Below the pieces are notes generated by a model. That model was not told the DNA's origin, did not search any database, and saw nothing but the letters and a program-made list of their open reading frames with translations. Shown piece after piece: positions 18,960 to 29,834 of a stretch of DNA of 64,000 bases; position 1 is the stretch's first letter; each line of letters opens with the position of its first letter. Both the position numbers and the translations under genes were made by a program. The stretch spans positions 96,001 through 160,000 of the forward strand of contig JAZDKB010000009.1 of assembly GCA_043803405.1 (NCBI GenBank). The letters are read 5' to 3'. The DNA is from Spirochaetota bacterium (GTDB lineage Bacteria; Spirochaetota; UBA4802; JAFGDQ01).

Positions 18960-21317
18960 TTATTGATTATTAATCTTTACTCCTTCTTTCTCTACATATC
19001 TGTCCAGAAGAGATTTTACCTGCAAATGTTTGCCGGAACATGTTTCCGTGGGACCTCCGCCCTGTATCATGTACTCTACGTGTGTTTCAGCGCACAGAGG
19101 CGAAGGTAAAAGGCCGGTAAACGAACATACTTCCGCCGAATATACGCCCTGCGGCGGGGGACTAAAATTCCTTCCGTCTTTAAGGCTTATGCTTTTCATA
19201 TAATTCGCCCATATCGGAGCAGCCGCAACTGCCCCGGCCTGATGTTTGCCTAAAGTCATAAACGGTTTGTCGTAGCCGATCCAAACAACAGCAGCCAGAT
19301 CCGGTGTGAAACCGCAAAACCACGCGTCTGTCCAGTTTGTGGTTGTTCCTGTCTTGCCTGCGCAGGGTTTGGTAAACTGGGCATTCTTTCTGACAGCTGC
19401 ATAAGCTGTACCGCCGTTTACGACCGACTGCATAAGAGACGTCATTATAAACGCGACATCTTCCGGTATTATATGGATTGTTCCGTTAAGCTCCATTTCT
19501 GCAATAATATTGCCGACATCCTCTTCGGTATTATCGAGTTCATTGCCGTCCCTGTCAGTTACGTATCTCACGGCAAAAGGGATCACTTCTTTACCGTTAT
19601 TTGCATAGATCGCATAGCCCCTTGCCATTTCTAGCGGTGTTAATCCGCAGACGCCCAGCGCAAGGGACGGTGTCGGGGTAAATCTCGATTCCGGCACCCT
19701 TAAAACTTTTCTGGCGTAATCTATTATTACATCAGGGCCTATTATGTCGAATATTCTTACAGAGATAACATTTATTGAAAGCGCAAGAGCGGTTCTTAAT
19801 TTAACGAAGCCCGAAAAGCTGTCCTTATAGTTTCCGGGGCTCCATGTTTCCCCTGACTCATCAATATTCAGAATAGGAGAATCGGGCAGCGTTGTGGCTG
19901 CGTTTATCAGCTTCGATTCGATTCCAGAGCCGTAAACAAAAGGCTTAAACGCTGACCCTACCTGTCTCTTTGCCTGTGCCGCCCTGTTGTACTGGTTATC
20001 CACGCTGAAACCTGACCCGCCTACCATGGTCGTTATATGCCCGGTAGCCGGCTCTATTGCGACAAAAGCGCCTTCAACCTTTAAGGCTGAAGATATGTCC
20101 GTGCCCGCAGAACGGTATCTCTCGAGCGCTTTACTGCATTTTCCCGAGTCCGCCATAAGGCTCAGAATGTCGATGTCGTCTACTGCGTCGTCTATCATTA
20201 TTTTATTAAAATACGATTCAATATCATTTTTTCTTTTTATAAGAGGAAGATCGAATATGTTCCCGAGAGAATCGTATATACGGAAAAGCTCTTTATCAAC
20301 TGCCAGGTTGGTATATTTATTCGATGTTGACGAAATTTCGTTTTGTGCTTTCAGCCCGTCCGTAACAAATTTTTGCGCGAGTCTCTGATTCTTCAGATTC
20401 AGCGTTGTATAAACGCAAAGCCCTTCATTGTAAACTGTGTCTTTACCGAATTTCGAAAGCAGTACCTGCCTTACATAATCTGTAAAGTATGGCGCGTTGT
20501 CAATGTTGCCGGTATTCGCGGTCCTTGTCGGAAAGTCATCCATAATCGAATCGATAAACGCGGGCCAGAATTCATTGTAAATTTTTTCCGCCTTTTCCTC
20601 AGTAAGAAAACCGGCATTTATCATTCTGTTTAATGTATCCCTGTTCTTTTCGTAAGCATTTCGTGGATTCTGGAACGGAGAATATTTTCTTGGCGCAGAA
20701 GGCAAAGCCGCAATTATAGAGCTTTCCATTACGTTTAAATCTTTGACTTCTTTATTAAAAAATAACCTCGCAGCAGAGGCTATACCGTAACATCCGTGGC
20801 CCAGATATATCTGGTTAAAATACATTTCAAGAATCTCTTCTTTGGAAAATTTCTTTTCTATCTGAAGAGCGAGTACTGCTTCCATTGCCTTCCTGAAAAG
20901 AGTCCTTTCGCCGCCTGTGAACAGGCGCTTGGCAAGCTGCTGCGTAATGGTCGAGCCTCCCTGCACTACTCTGCCTGCTGCCAGGTTTTTAAAGAATGCC
21001 CTGATAATGGCTGAAGGATTTAATCCGATATGCCTGTAAAAATCCCTGTCCTCTGCCGCCAAAAATGCGTTTATCAGACTTTTAGGGAGTTCTTCGAAAG
21101 AGATGAGTTCCCGCTTCTCCTGGAACAGTTCAGCAATAAGCTCCCCGTTGACATCATAAAGCTTTGTCGGCAGGCTCGGCTGGAACTGCCTGAGGTTATT
21201 GATGCCGGAAAAATGCCTCATCTGGGAAACGACATAACCGAACATTATGCCGCCGATCAATGAAAAGCTTATTATTGAAATGAACGCTATTCTTTCGAAT
21301 TTTGATTTGAATTCCAT
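18960..21317 (-). CDS. Penicillin-binding protein 1A
   Basis: Transglycosylase EDRDF/GGSTITQQL/RKAME; transpeptidase SAFK, SIN, KTG. Confidence 0.93.
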   Translation of the reverse strand: MEFKSKFERIAFISIISFSLIGGIMFGYVVSQMRHFSGINNLRQFQPSLPTKLYDVNGELIAELFQEKRELISFEELPKSLINAFLAAEDRDFYRHIGLNPSAIIRAFFKNLAAGRVVQGGSTITQQLAKRLFTGGERTLFRKAMEAVLALQIEKKFSKEEILEMYFNQIYLGHGCYGIASAARLFFNKEVKDLNVMESSIIAALPSAPRKYSPFQNPRNAYEKNRDTLNRMINAGFLTEEKAEKIYNEFWPAFIDSIMDDFPTRTANTGNIDNAPYFTDYVRQVLLSKFGKDTVYNEGLCVYTTLNLKNQRLAQKFVTDGLKAQNEISSTSNKYTNLAVDKELFRIYDSLGNIFDLPLIKRKNDIESYFNKIMIDDAVDDIDILSLMADSGKCSKALERYRSAGTDISSALKVEGAFVAIEPATGHITTMVGGSGFSVDNQYNRAAQAKRQVGSAFKPFVYGSGIESKLINAATTLPDSPILNIDESGETWSPGNYKDSFSGFVKLRTALALSINVISVRIFDIIGPDVIIDYARKVLRVPESRFTPTPSLALGVCGLTPLEMARGYAIYANNGKEVIPFAVRYVTDRDGNELDNTEEDVGNIIAEMELNGTIHIIPEDVAFIMTSLMQSVVNGGTAYAAVRKNAQFTKPCAGKTGTTTNWTDAWFCGFTPDLAAVVWIGYDKPFMTLGKHQAGAVAAAPIWANYMKSISLKDGRNFSPPPQGVYSAEVCSFTGLLPSPLCAETHVEYMIQGGGPTETCSGKHLQVKSLLDRYVEKEGVKINNQ

Positions 21318-21327
21318 TCAGTATTTC

Positions 21328-22476
21328 TTATGGTCTCTCTGCTACGGTAATAAAGAGATTAATTGTTTGTTTATTTCTGACAACCTGAATCTTCAGCGTT
21401 TTGCCTATAGGCATCTTACCGATAATATCAAGAAGATCCCCGTAGTTCTCAATTTTCTTATCATCAATAATAGTGATCAGGTCACCTACTGTTAAGCCGC
21501 CTTTGGCTGCCGGGCTTTTCTCAACTACAGCTCCTACAAGCGCCCCTTTGTTGTCCTTAAGCCCAAGCTCGCGGGCATACTCTTCAGTTAATGGCACGAT
21601 CTGCACTCCAATATATCCTCTCTTGACTTTCTTGTTAACTTTAAGCTGTTCAAGAATCGATTTTGCGGTATTCATCGGGATAGCAAAGCCTATTCCAATA
21701 TTTCCGCCTGTCTGTGAATATATCATGCGGTTAATGCCAATAACTTCGCCCTTTATGTTGATAAGCGGCCCGCCGGAGTTGCCCGGATTGATCGAAGCGT
21801 CTGTCTGTATCAGCGACAGAGAGCTGCCCATCATGTCTACATCGTGCCTTCCTGTTGCGCTTACAACCCCGACTGTGAATGTTTTATCCAGCCCGAATGG
21901 ATTACCTATGGCTATTGCCCAGTCGCCGACTTTAACCTTATCCGAATTGCCGAGATACGCGGATTTAAGGTCGCCGCCTGCTTTTATCTTGATCAGCGCA
22001 ATATCCGTAGGCTCATCAGAACCTATTACAACTGCGTCATAGGTCTTGTTTTCTATCTTAACAGTAACCTTATCCACTCCCTGAATTACATGATGGTTTG
22101 TGCATATATAGCCGTCGCTGGAAATTATAAAACCTGTTCCAAGACCTGTGCGTTTTTGTGTCTTTGGAGCCTGTCTCTGGTTAGGGCCTCCGAAGAACTC
22201 CCTGAAGAACGGATCATTGAAGAACGGATTCGGCTGAACTTTCACAGTCTGTTCAGTGCTTATAAACACAACTCTTTCTTTATATAGTTCATAAATTTCC
22301 CTGAAAATATCCTGAATTTCGAGGGCTTTTACAGTGCCGGATTTATTTACAAGAGGCGACTCTTTTGTTTCCCCAAGCAGAGGCACTTCATTCTGCGAGC
22401 AGGAAAAATTATACAAAGATAATACAATAAAACATCCAACTATAACCGGAATAAAATATTTAATTTTTGTTTTCAT
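21328..22476 (-). CDS. HtrA/DegP serine protease with PDZ domain
   Basis: TNHHV, DIAL and GNSGGPL triad motifs; C-terminal PDZ. Confidence 0.93.
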   Translation of the reverse strand: MKTKIKYFIPVIVGCFIVLSLYNFSCSQNEVPLLGETKESPLVNKSGTVKALEIQDIFREIYELYKERVVFISTEQTVKVQPNPFFNDPFFREFFGGPNQRQAPKTQKRTGLGTGFIISSDGYICTNHHVIQGVDKVTVKIENKTYDAVVIGSDEPTDIALIKIKAGGDLKSAYLGNSDKVKVGDWAIAIGNPFGLDKTFTVGVVSATGRHDVDMMGSSLSLIQTDASINPGNSGGPLINIKGEVIGINRMIYSQTGGNIGIGFAIPMNTAKSILEQLKVNKKVKRGYIGVQIVPLTEEYARELGLKDNKGALVGAVVEKSPAAKGGLTVGDLITIIDDKKIENYGDLLDIIGKMPIGKTLKIQVVRNKQTINLFITVAERP

Positions 22477-22534
22477 TATGATACCCCTGAGAAATAATAT
22501 TACAGAAACACATAAGACTAAAAAAACCTTACAG

Positions 22535-24097
22535 TCAACTAAATTTCTTGAAGAGTTTAACGGCTAAATTTTTAATTGTTACAACCTCGTGAACCCTGAG
22601 CAGAAAGCATGTAACGAAATAAACCGCTATCCCGGTAATGACTATTATTACAAGAAAAATCATTCTTTTAACAAACGGGTCATTTGCCCAGTCCACAAAT
22701 CCGGCTATTAACGAAATTGAAACTGCCATTACAATGCCGGCAAGAACGAATTTCAATACCGGCAGCATGAACTGCCCGAATCCGATATGCCCTATTTTTT
22801 TTTGTAAGATGTAAACCAGTATTAGCATTTGAACTGTAGATGCTATCGAAAGTCCCAGCGTAAGGCCGCCGTGTTTAAGCGCTGTCTGCATAAGAAAAAA
22901 TCCTGAACCTATGTTTACAAAAAAAGATAAGAGCGATGTATACACAGGCGTCTTAGTATCCTTCAATGAATAATAAGCGGGAACTGTTATGCGCAGGATG
23001 GAGATCGAAGGGATGCCGATGCTCGCGTAAAACAGCGCTTTGTAAGTCATGTCCACATCATAAAAGCTGAAATTGCCTCTCTTGAACAGAACGGAAATAA
23101 TCGGGAGCCCCGCGTACATTAGCGCGATCGCAGCCGGAATGCTGATGAGCAGCACAGCTTTTACGGATGATAAGTACAGGTCGCGTATTTTGCTCATATC
23201 GCCGGCCGCCGCAAAGCCGGAAAGCTCCGGCAGAAGCACATTGCCGAGCGATACTACGAACACTCCGAGAACTACCTCGGTCAGCCTGTCCGAATAGAAC
23301 AGCCAGCTAATGCTGCCTCCGGGAAGCGTGGACGCAAGCATTGTGCTCATTATAATATTTATCTGGTATATTGCGATCCCGAAAAGCGCGGGAGCCATCA
23401 TCTTGAATATCTTTCTTATCCCAGGATGATTGAGATCCAGTGAAAATTTCATTTTAAAACCGGCTCTTATCATATACGGGATCTGCAGAATGAGCTGCAT
23501 TACACCACCCAGCAGTATCCCGATTGCAAGGCCGTAGAGCGGCTTGTCGAAAAACCTGCTTAAAAATAACGCGCCGAATATATTGCCCACATTAAAAAGC
23601 ACGGGCGAGAAAGACGGCCCGAAAAAATACTTGTGCGAATTAAGGTAACCCATGGCAAATGATACAAGGCTTATCAGAAACAGATAGGGGAACATCAACC
23701 TGTTTAGGCCGATTGTAAGCGATATTTGTTCGGCGTTTGTAAACCCGTATCCGAAAAGACGGACGATCTCCGGTGAAAATATCATGCCAAGGCTGACTAT
23801 TAAAAAAACGAATACGGACAGGGCCGATAAGGTCTTCTGTGCGAGTTCCAGCGCCTCGCTGCGTTCCTTTGTCATCAGGTATTCGGTGTAAACCGGGACA
23901 AAAGAGATGGTAAGACAGCCTTCCGCAACAAACCTGCGGAAGAGATTAGGGATGCGGAATGCTACGTAAAAGCCGTCCACAAGGGCGTTTGCCCCGAATA
24001 CGCTGCTTATTACAATGTCCCTTATAAGCCCCATTATGCGGCTAAGCAAAGTAAAAAAAGCGACAACACCTGTTGATTTTAAAATCGATTTGTCCAT
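22535..24097 (-). CDS. murJ: Lipid II flippase
   Basis: SRIMGLIRD and AFRIPNLFRR..AEG motifs; many TM helices. Confidence 0.95.
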   Translation of the reverse strand: MDKSILKSTGVVAFFTLLSRIMGLIRDIVISSVFGANALVDGFYVAFRIPNLFRRFVAEGCLTISFVPVYTEYLMTKERSEALELAQKTLSALSVFVFLIVSLGMIFSPEIVRLFGYGFTNAEQISLTIGLNRLMFPYLFLISLVSFAMGYLNSHKYFFGPSFSPVLFNVGNIFGALFLSRFFDKPLYGLAIGILLGGVMQLILQIPYMIRAGFKMKFSLDLNHPGIRKIFKMMAPALFGIAIYQINIIMSTMLASTLPGGSISWLFYSDRLTEVVLGVFVVSLGNVLLPELSGFAAAGDMSKIRDLYLSSVKAVLLISIPAAIALMYAGLPIISVLFKRGNFSFYDVDMTYKALFYASIGIPSISILRITVPAYYSLKDTKTPVYTSLLSFFVNIGSGFFLMQTALKHGGLTLGLSIASTVQMLILVYILQKKIGHIGFGQFMLPVLKFVLAGIVMAVSISLIAGFVDWANDPFVKRMIFLVIIVITGIAVYFVTCFLLRVHEVVTIKNLAVKLFKKFS

Positions 24098-24145
24098 TCT
24101 GTTTTATCTTTTTGTATAATAATTACCGGTTTTTCACTTCTGGAT

Positions 24146-24251
24146 ATGGGGGATTCTTTCCCCCAAGTATGAGGGCTCTTTTCCCTAACACGGGGACAGT
24201 TTCCCCAAAAACGGGGATGCTTCCCCCAACATGGGAATAATTGCCCCATAA
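24146..24251. repeat. Tandem array of five 20-23 bp hairpin units
   Basis: ATGGGGGATTCTTTCCCCCAAGT / ATGAGGGCTCTTTTCCCTAAC / ACGGGGACAGTTTCCCCAAAA / ACGGGGATGCTTCCCCCAAC / ATGGGAATAATTGCCCCATAA. Confidence 0.75.
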
Positions 24252-24263
24252 TATATTATTATT

Positions 24264-26198
24264 CTATACTTCCGGAGAGCCTGTAAACGCAGCCGGAACG
24301 GCTTCAACTACTGCGGTTTCCCCTTTAAGAATGCAATCAATTTTTCCGAAAAATTTTGGGAATTCCGCGCCGATGAAAAACTGCGAAGAGAGCACCTTGC
24401 CGTAATAAAAAGCTGCTTCAGCATTATTGTTGATAATTTTCTGCAGCTCTTCGCCCTTTGCTTTTCCGGTAAGCTGTTTAAGTTTTGGAAGCGATATAGA
24501 GAGGCTCCACAGGTGAAGCCATGCGAGAACCATCATAAACATAGATTGCAGGAAAGGAACGGCATTAACTGCCGGCGGGAGAGACACTAAAGATGCAAGA
24601 TCAACGCGTCTGCGCAATATCTTATTAAATAAAACAAAAATCATGAATTTTATATTCTTTTGTTTATTTAAATAGTATAATGCTTTATCAAGCTTTCTAA
24701 GGCCGGATCTTACAGCTTTTATATATTTTGCTTCAACAATTCCTTTTGAATTTGAAATTGTTTCTTTTACTTTTTTTCTCCAGACTTTGTAATCGTATTG
24801 TCTTTTGTTGAATATTATTTTTCTGAAAATAAGATCCATTGCCTGGATGCCGTTCGTGCCTTCGTAGATCGAAAATATTTTGCAGTCGCGTGCGAACTGC
24901 TCAACAGGATATTCGGATATATAGCCGTAGCCTCCGTATACTTGTATGGCTTCGGCCGTTATCCGCCACGACATATCGGATATCCCTGCCTTGATGAGCG
25001 GGGTGAGTATCTCGATAAGTCCCTTTGCATAGCGGGCATCCCTGTTATCGAACATCTGGGCAGTATCCATGCATGAAGATGTAAAGTACGCCAGCATTCT
25101 CATTCCTTCAACATAGGACTTCATCCATAACAGCATTCTCTTTACATCGGGATGTTCTATTATATAAACTGCATGAGCGTCCGGTTTCATCATTTGCGAA
25201 ATATGAACGCCCTGCTTACGTGTCTTCGCGTAAGCAACAGCGTGCATGTATGCCATGCTCGACTGCCCCAGAGCCTGCATCCCTGTGCTTATTCGCGCAT
25301 GATTCATAAGAAAGAACATGCATTTTATCCCTTTCTGTTCCTCACCCAGCAGGTATCCGACACATTTGCCGTTTTCTCCGAAGTTTAGCGTTGCAGTTGA
25401 ACTGCTTTTAATACCCATTTTATGTTCTATACCGCAGCATATAACATCATTTCTTTCTCCACGTGAGCCGTCCGGGTTCACTATGTATTTTGGGACAATA
25501 AATAAAGACAGTCCCTTGGTGCCGACAGGATGGCCTTCGATCCGGGCAAGAACAGCATGAATAATATTCCCCGTAATGTCATGTTCGCCTGATGAGATAA
25601 ATATTTTCTGGCCTGTTAAGAGGTATGTGCCGTCCGGCTGTTTTACTGCCTTGGTTTTAATATTGCCGACATCCGAACCTGCCTCAGGTTCAGTGAGGCA
25701 CATAGTGCCGCTGAATTCTCCGTTATGCATTTTATCAACGAACATTTTTTTTTGCTCATCAGTGCCGAACTCCCTGATAAGCGCAGCAGCACCGTGCGTT
25801 AATCCGAGATACATAAATGCGGAAGTGTTTCCGCTGACAAAATATTCGTCGCATGCCGTAGAGATAACTTCCGGCATACCCATGCCTCCCTCTTCCATGC
25901 CGATTCTTAACTTGAAAAAGCCCGCTTCTTTAAACGCTTTCCAGCACGCTTTTACGGATTCCGGCACTTTTACTTCGCAGGTTGCGCAATCGTACTTTAC
26001 CCCGCCCTCTTTATCCCCCGCAGAATTTGAAGGATAAAAAGTATCGACTGCAATCCGCTCAGCAAGCTCCAGCGTTTCATTAAATATTTCTTTATCAAGA
26101 TCGGAAAATTTAGGATGCTGAAGCAGCTTCTCGGCATTCAGCATTTCGAACAAAACAAACCTTACATCACGCGAATCAAGCAATGGATTATGTGCCAT
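24264..26198 (-). CDS. Acyl-CoA dehydrogenase
   Basis: MCLTEPEAGSDVG, GQKIFIS, EHKMGI, QVYGGYGY and IYEGTNGIQAMDL. Confidence 0.93.
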   Translation of the reverse strand: MAHNPLLDSRDVRFVLFEMLNAEKLLQHPKFSDLDKEIFNETLELAERIAVDTFYPSNSAGDKEGGVKYDCATCEVKVPESVKACWKAFKEAGFFKLRIGMEEGGMGMPEVISTACDEYFVSGNTSAFMYLGLTHGAAALIREFGTDEQKKMFVDKMHNGEFSGTMCLTEPEAGSDVGNIKTKAVKQPDGTYLLTGQKIFISSGEHDITGNIIHAVLARIEGHPVGTKGLSLFIVPKYIVNPDGSRGERNDVICCGIEHKMGIKSSSTATLNFGENGKCVGYLLGEEQKGIKCMFFLMNHARISTGMQALGQSSMAYMHAVAYAKTRKQGVHISQMMKPDAHAVYIIEHPDVKRMLLWMKSYVEGMRMLAYFTSSCMDTAQMFDNRDARYAKGLIEILTPLIKAGISDMSWRITAEAIQVYGGYGYISEYPVEQFARDCKIFSIYEGTNGIQAMDLIFRKIIFNKRQYDYKVWRKKVKETISNSKGIVEAKYIKAVRSGLRKLDKALYYLNKQKNIKFMIFVLFNKILRRRVDLASLVSLPPAVNAVPFLQSMFMMVLAWLHLWSLSISLPKLKQLTGKAKGEELQKIINNNAEAAFYYGKVLSSQFFIGAEFPKFFGKIDCILKGETAVVEAVPAAFTGSPEV

Positions 26199-26350
26199 GG
26201 AAATCACCTCGTATTTAAAATGATTTACATTTAAATGTTAGCTTAAATAACTGCAAAGTCAATCTGAATTTGAGATGACTGATAAATAGTGCATCCGTGT
26301 ATCGAGACAATAACAATCAATTTTCAGGATAGATTTTAGGACGGCTATTA

Positions 26351-27409
26351 TTACAGAATAAGCATTGCATCGCCATAAGAGAAAAATCTGCACTTTTCCT
26401 GTACAGCAGTCTTATATGCATCCATAATTTTTTCATAGCCTGCAAACGCGGACACAAGCATCAGAAGCGTGGAATACGGTGTATGGAAATTTGTGAGCAT
26501 TGCATCTATGGACGCAACTTTATATGGAGGATAGATAAATATGTCGGTTGTATTGCTTCCGGGCTCATTAATTCCTTTTTTAAACGAGCTTTCAAGAACC
26601 CTGAGGGATGTAGTGCCTACGGCAATAATTCTTCTTTTCTCTTTGCGCGCATTGTTGATTTCGTAAGCTGAATTTTCCGGCAGATAATAACTCTCGGAGT
26701 GCATTTTATGCTTGCTCAGGTCGTTCTCTCTGACAGGCTGAAAAGTCCCCCACGAAACATCCAGGGTTAGCTCTGTAAAAATTACGCCTTTCTTTTTCAA
26801 TACCGCGATCAGTTCGCCGGTGAAATGCAGCCCGGCAGTCGGTGCTGCCGCGGCTGCGCCGTTCTTGGCGTAAACAGTCTGGTAGCGCTCCCGGTCTATC
26901 GCATCCGCTTCTCTTTTTATGTATGGAGGCAGAGGTATAGTGCCTATTTCATTTAATACATTATCGTCAAGATAGATATTCGATTCAACCTGGAAAGAAT
27001 CGTTAATCTTTTTTTCAATATTAATTTCAACCGCGGGATTAATAACAGAACTGAGGACATCGCCAATCTTAAGCTTCTTTGTTTTATTACTTATTACAAG
27101 CCATTTCTTATCGCTTAACCGCTGCGTTAAAACGATCTCGGCAAGGCCTCCGCTTCTGCGCTTAAAAAAAATCCTTGCAGGAATAACCTTCGCGTTATTT
27201 GCAACAAGGACATCCCCTTCACGGAGGAATTCTTCTATTTCAAAAAATAATTTATGCCGATATCCGGAATCTGACCTGTTTAAAACAAACAACTTCGATT
27301 CGCTTCTCTTTTCGGAAGGATACTGGGCAATAAGCTCTTCGGGCAAATAGAAGTAAAAATCTTCCAGAGAATAAATTCTATCTGCCGGCATAATCCTTTT
27401 GACCGGCAT
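26351..27409 (-). CDS. queA: S-adenosylmethionine:tRNA ribosyltransferase-isomerase
   Basis: LPEELIAQYP, PLPPYI, YQTVYA, AAPTAGLHFT and FFSYGDAM. Confidence 0.96.
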   Translation of the reverse strand: MPVKRIMPADRIYSLEDFYFYLPEELIAQYPSEKRSESKLFVLNRSDSGYRHKLFFEIEEFLREGDVLVANNAKVIPARIFFKRRSGGLAEIVLTQRLSDKKWLVISNKTKKLKIGDVLSSVINPAVEINIEKKINDSFQVESNIYLDDNVLNEIGTIPLPPYIKREADAIDRERYQTVYAKNGAAAAAPTAGLHFTGELIAVLKKKGVIFTELTLDVSWGTFQPVRENDLSKHKMHSESYYLPENSAYEINNARKEKRRIIAVGTTSLRVLESSFKKGINEPGSNTTDIFIYPPYKVASIDAMLTNFHTPYSTLLMLVSAFAGYEKIMDAYKTAVQEKCRFFSYGDAMLIL

Positions 27410-28544
27410 CCCTGATGCTTACTCCCCTGTAGTAATACTTAAGTATTTCTTTGTAACCGGCGCCCTTTTCTGCCATACCTTTAGCGCCCCACTGGCACAT
27501 ACCAACGCCATGGCCCCAGCCGTGGCCGGAGAGTATAAGCCCGTCTTTGACCTTCTTTGCGCTAAAGAACATGCTTTTTATTTTCTTCTCAGGAAAAAGA
27601 AGACGAAGCTCATTGCCTGTTAATTTTATTGTGCCATGTTTATGTTGTATAACTGCCGAGAACACCCTGTTCCCTTTTCGCTCAAAAGAAATGCCGGAAA
27701 TGGGGCCGACACTTTTGTATTTCCTGCCGAGGCATTGCTTAATATCGTACAACGTAAGTTTTTCTTCCCAGCTGTAATAAGGCGAATCTTTGCAGAAGCT
27801 GCAGCTTACGGATTTTAAATAATCCTCGCCATCGCCGCTCCACACATTCCTGTCGTCGGTCGTTCTGCCGCCGCAGGTCGAATGAAAGAACGCGACAATG
27901 GGTTTGCCGCGGGAGAATGCCACCTTTCCCGATGTCTCATTTACTGCTGCTGTTGTGCTTTCTTTTTCAACCGAGACTCCCTTGTATACCTGGAAATTGC
28001 TGGTGCTGTCCAGGTCGAACAGTGACTTTTTGTTTTTTGTTAAATGATGATATGTATATGTCCTTGCAGCGACTGCCTGCGCCTTTAAAGCTTCACTATC
28101 CCACGAGCTGACAATTTCGCCGGGCACAACGCTGTAAAGGTATTCGTTCATCTGAATTACGTTGATCACATGCATTTTGCCGAGCACATTATGCAGTTCA
28201 ATCATTCCCCTGTAATCATCGCCGTCAATACTTAACGGGCTGCCCCACGACTCTATTAAAACCGCGTTATCGATCTTACCAGGTTCATAATATATATCCT
28301 TCCCGGTGTCGGAATATATTATTTTACCGGTTTTTTTATCGGTTATCTTAAATTTTGTTCTGGAAGATACTAAAACCCTCTGCTCTGTTTTTTTCAGCAG
28401 TATTCTGATGAATAATTTGTCAATGCCGGATACCTGATATTGTTTATAAATATATTTTTTGGAAGGCGTACAGGAAAGATACACGAGCAGAAAACAAGTA
28501 AGTGACGTTAAAAGCGTTAATGTTATACTTTTATTATTTTTCAT
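27378..28544 (-). CDS. SpoIID/LytB domain lytic transglycosylase (probable lipoprotein)
   Basis: YLYSVVPGEI, EALKAQAVAARTY and GHGVGMCQWGA; start uncertain. Confidence 0.9.
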   Translation of the reverse strand: MKNNKSITLTLLTSLTCFLLVYLSCTPSKKYIYKQYQVSGIDKLFIRILLKKTEQRVLVSSRTKFKITDKKTGKIIYSDTGKDIYYEPGKIDNAVLIESWGSPLSIDGDDYRGMIELHNVLGKMHVINVIQMNEYLYSVVPGEIVSSWDSEALKAQAVAARTYTYHHLTKNKKSLFDLDSTSNFQVYKGVSVEKESTTAAVNETSGKVAFSRGKPIVAFFHSTCGGRTTDDRNVWSGDGEDYLKSVSCSFCKDSPYYSWEEKLTLYDIKQCLGRKYKSVGPISGISFERKGNRVFSAVIQHKHGTIKLTGNELRLLFPEKKIKSMFFSAKKVKDGLILSGHGWGHGVGMCQWGAKGMAEKGAGYKEILKYYYRGVSIRDAGQKDYAGR

Positions 28545-28700
28545 CAAGATTATAAAACGGATAAAATCTTTTTTTATAAATATTACAGCTCTTATAAAGA
28601 TCATTGGTCCACTCCCGTAAAAGACTAAAATATAAAACAAATCTTTTTCGGCAAGCAGAAAGACAATCAGTTATCAATAAAAATTCACGGGCTGTATTTT

Positions 28701-29597
28701 TTAAACTCTCGGATGATATTTCTTATGAATCTCTTTAAGTTTACGTTTGGCCAAATGCGTATAAACCTGGGTTGTGGAAATATCCATGTGCCCAAGAAGT
28801 TCCTGCACAGAGCGCAGATCGGCTCCGTTTTCAATAAGATGAGTTGCAAAAGAGTGTCTTAAAGTATGAGGCGTTATATTTTTTTCTATTTCAGCTTTCT
28901 CTACGTAACCTTTTAAAAGACGCCAAACAGATTTTCTGTTAAGCAAAGGACCTTTCTTGCTGATAAACACATACTCGCTCGTCCTGTTGCTACCGAGAAT
29001 AACAGGCCTTGATTCATTTATATATTTATTCAGCAGTCTTACAGCTTCCTCGCCTATCGGCACAAGCCTTTCTTTGCTCCCTTTCCCAAGCACCCTTATA
29101 TATCTGTTGCTGAAATCAACATTATTGATTACAAGCTCAACAGCTTCCGAAATGCGAAGCCCGCAGGAGTACAGAAGCTCAAAAAGCGCCTTATCGCGAA
29201 GCTCGTAAATATCATCTTCCGAGATAGTTTTATATAGCTTATTGATCTCTTTAATGGTTAAAAAGTCGGGTAAAGATTTTTTTATCTGAGGCGTTTCAAC
29301 TTTATTGGTCGGATTTTCAAGCTCGCCTGTAGTGTCCGAAATAAAATTATAGAACTGCCGTATGGCGGCTAAAGATCTTGCAAGCGTCCTTGACGAGTTG
29401 TGTTTTTTTAGTCTCTCGAATTTAAGGAACTGTTTTATGTCGTCACCTGTAGCGGTCATGATGTCCTTATTAAGGGACGATAAAAATTCGTTGAATTTTT
29501 TAAGATCGTAAGTATATGCATAAACAGAATTATCGGATAATCCCTTTTCAATCTGCAAAAAGCGCTTGAATCTTTTTATTGCCGAAGTCTCTTTCAA
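28701..29597 (-). CDS. xerD: Tyrosine recombinase XerD
   Basis: LYSCGLRISE, GKGSKER, HTLRHSFATHL, VQELLGH and TTQVYTH; no IntI-specific insertion. Confidence 0.9.
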   Translation of the reverse strand: MKETSAIKRFKRFLQIEKGLSDNSVYAYTYDLKKFNEFLSSLNKDIMTATGDDIKQFLKFERLKKHNSSRTLARSLAAIRQFYNFISDTTGELENPTNKVETPQIKKSLPDFLTIKEINKLYKTISEDDIYELRDKALFELLYSCGLRISEAVELVINNVDFSNRYIRVLGKGSKERLVPIGEEAVRLLNKYINESRPVILGSNRTSEYVFISKKGPLLNRKSVWRLLKGYVEKAEIEKNITPHTLRHSFATHLIENGADLRSVQELLGHMDISTTQVYTHLAKRKLKEIHKKYHPRV

Positions 29598-29834
29598 TTC
29601 CGGTCTCCTTAATATTTATTTATCAGAATATTTATTTCATTCAATTTTTAATATAAATTTAACAAATTGCATTTTAAGCAGAAAACCTTGAATCCGCAGA
29701 AAACCGACTGGGATTATGTATCATATTTAATAAATATATCGGTAAAAAACGAATTTGCACTTAATAGGGAATATGATTTTTTTTAATAATGAATGTATAA
29801 TTATTGCACATTGATCATGGAACTGCTGCGCTGT

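Noticed and set aside
24146..24251. CRISPR array
   Set aside because: Units abut with no unique spacers and no cas genes are present; the same holds for 4507-4674.
28701..29597. Tyrosine recombinase as the integrase for the attC array
   Set aside because: XerD-like throughout, lacks the IntI-specific insertion, and lies over 20 kb away among housekeeping genes.
29678..29705. GCAGAAAACC direct repeat or dif site near xerD
   Set aside because: Only two 10-bp copies and no match to a dif consensus.
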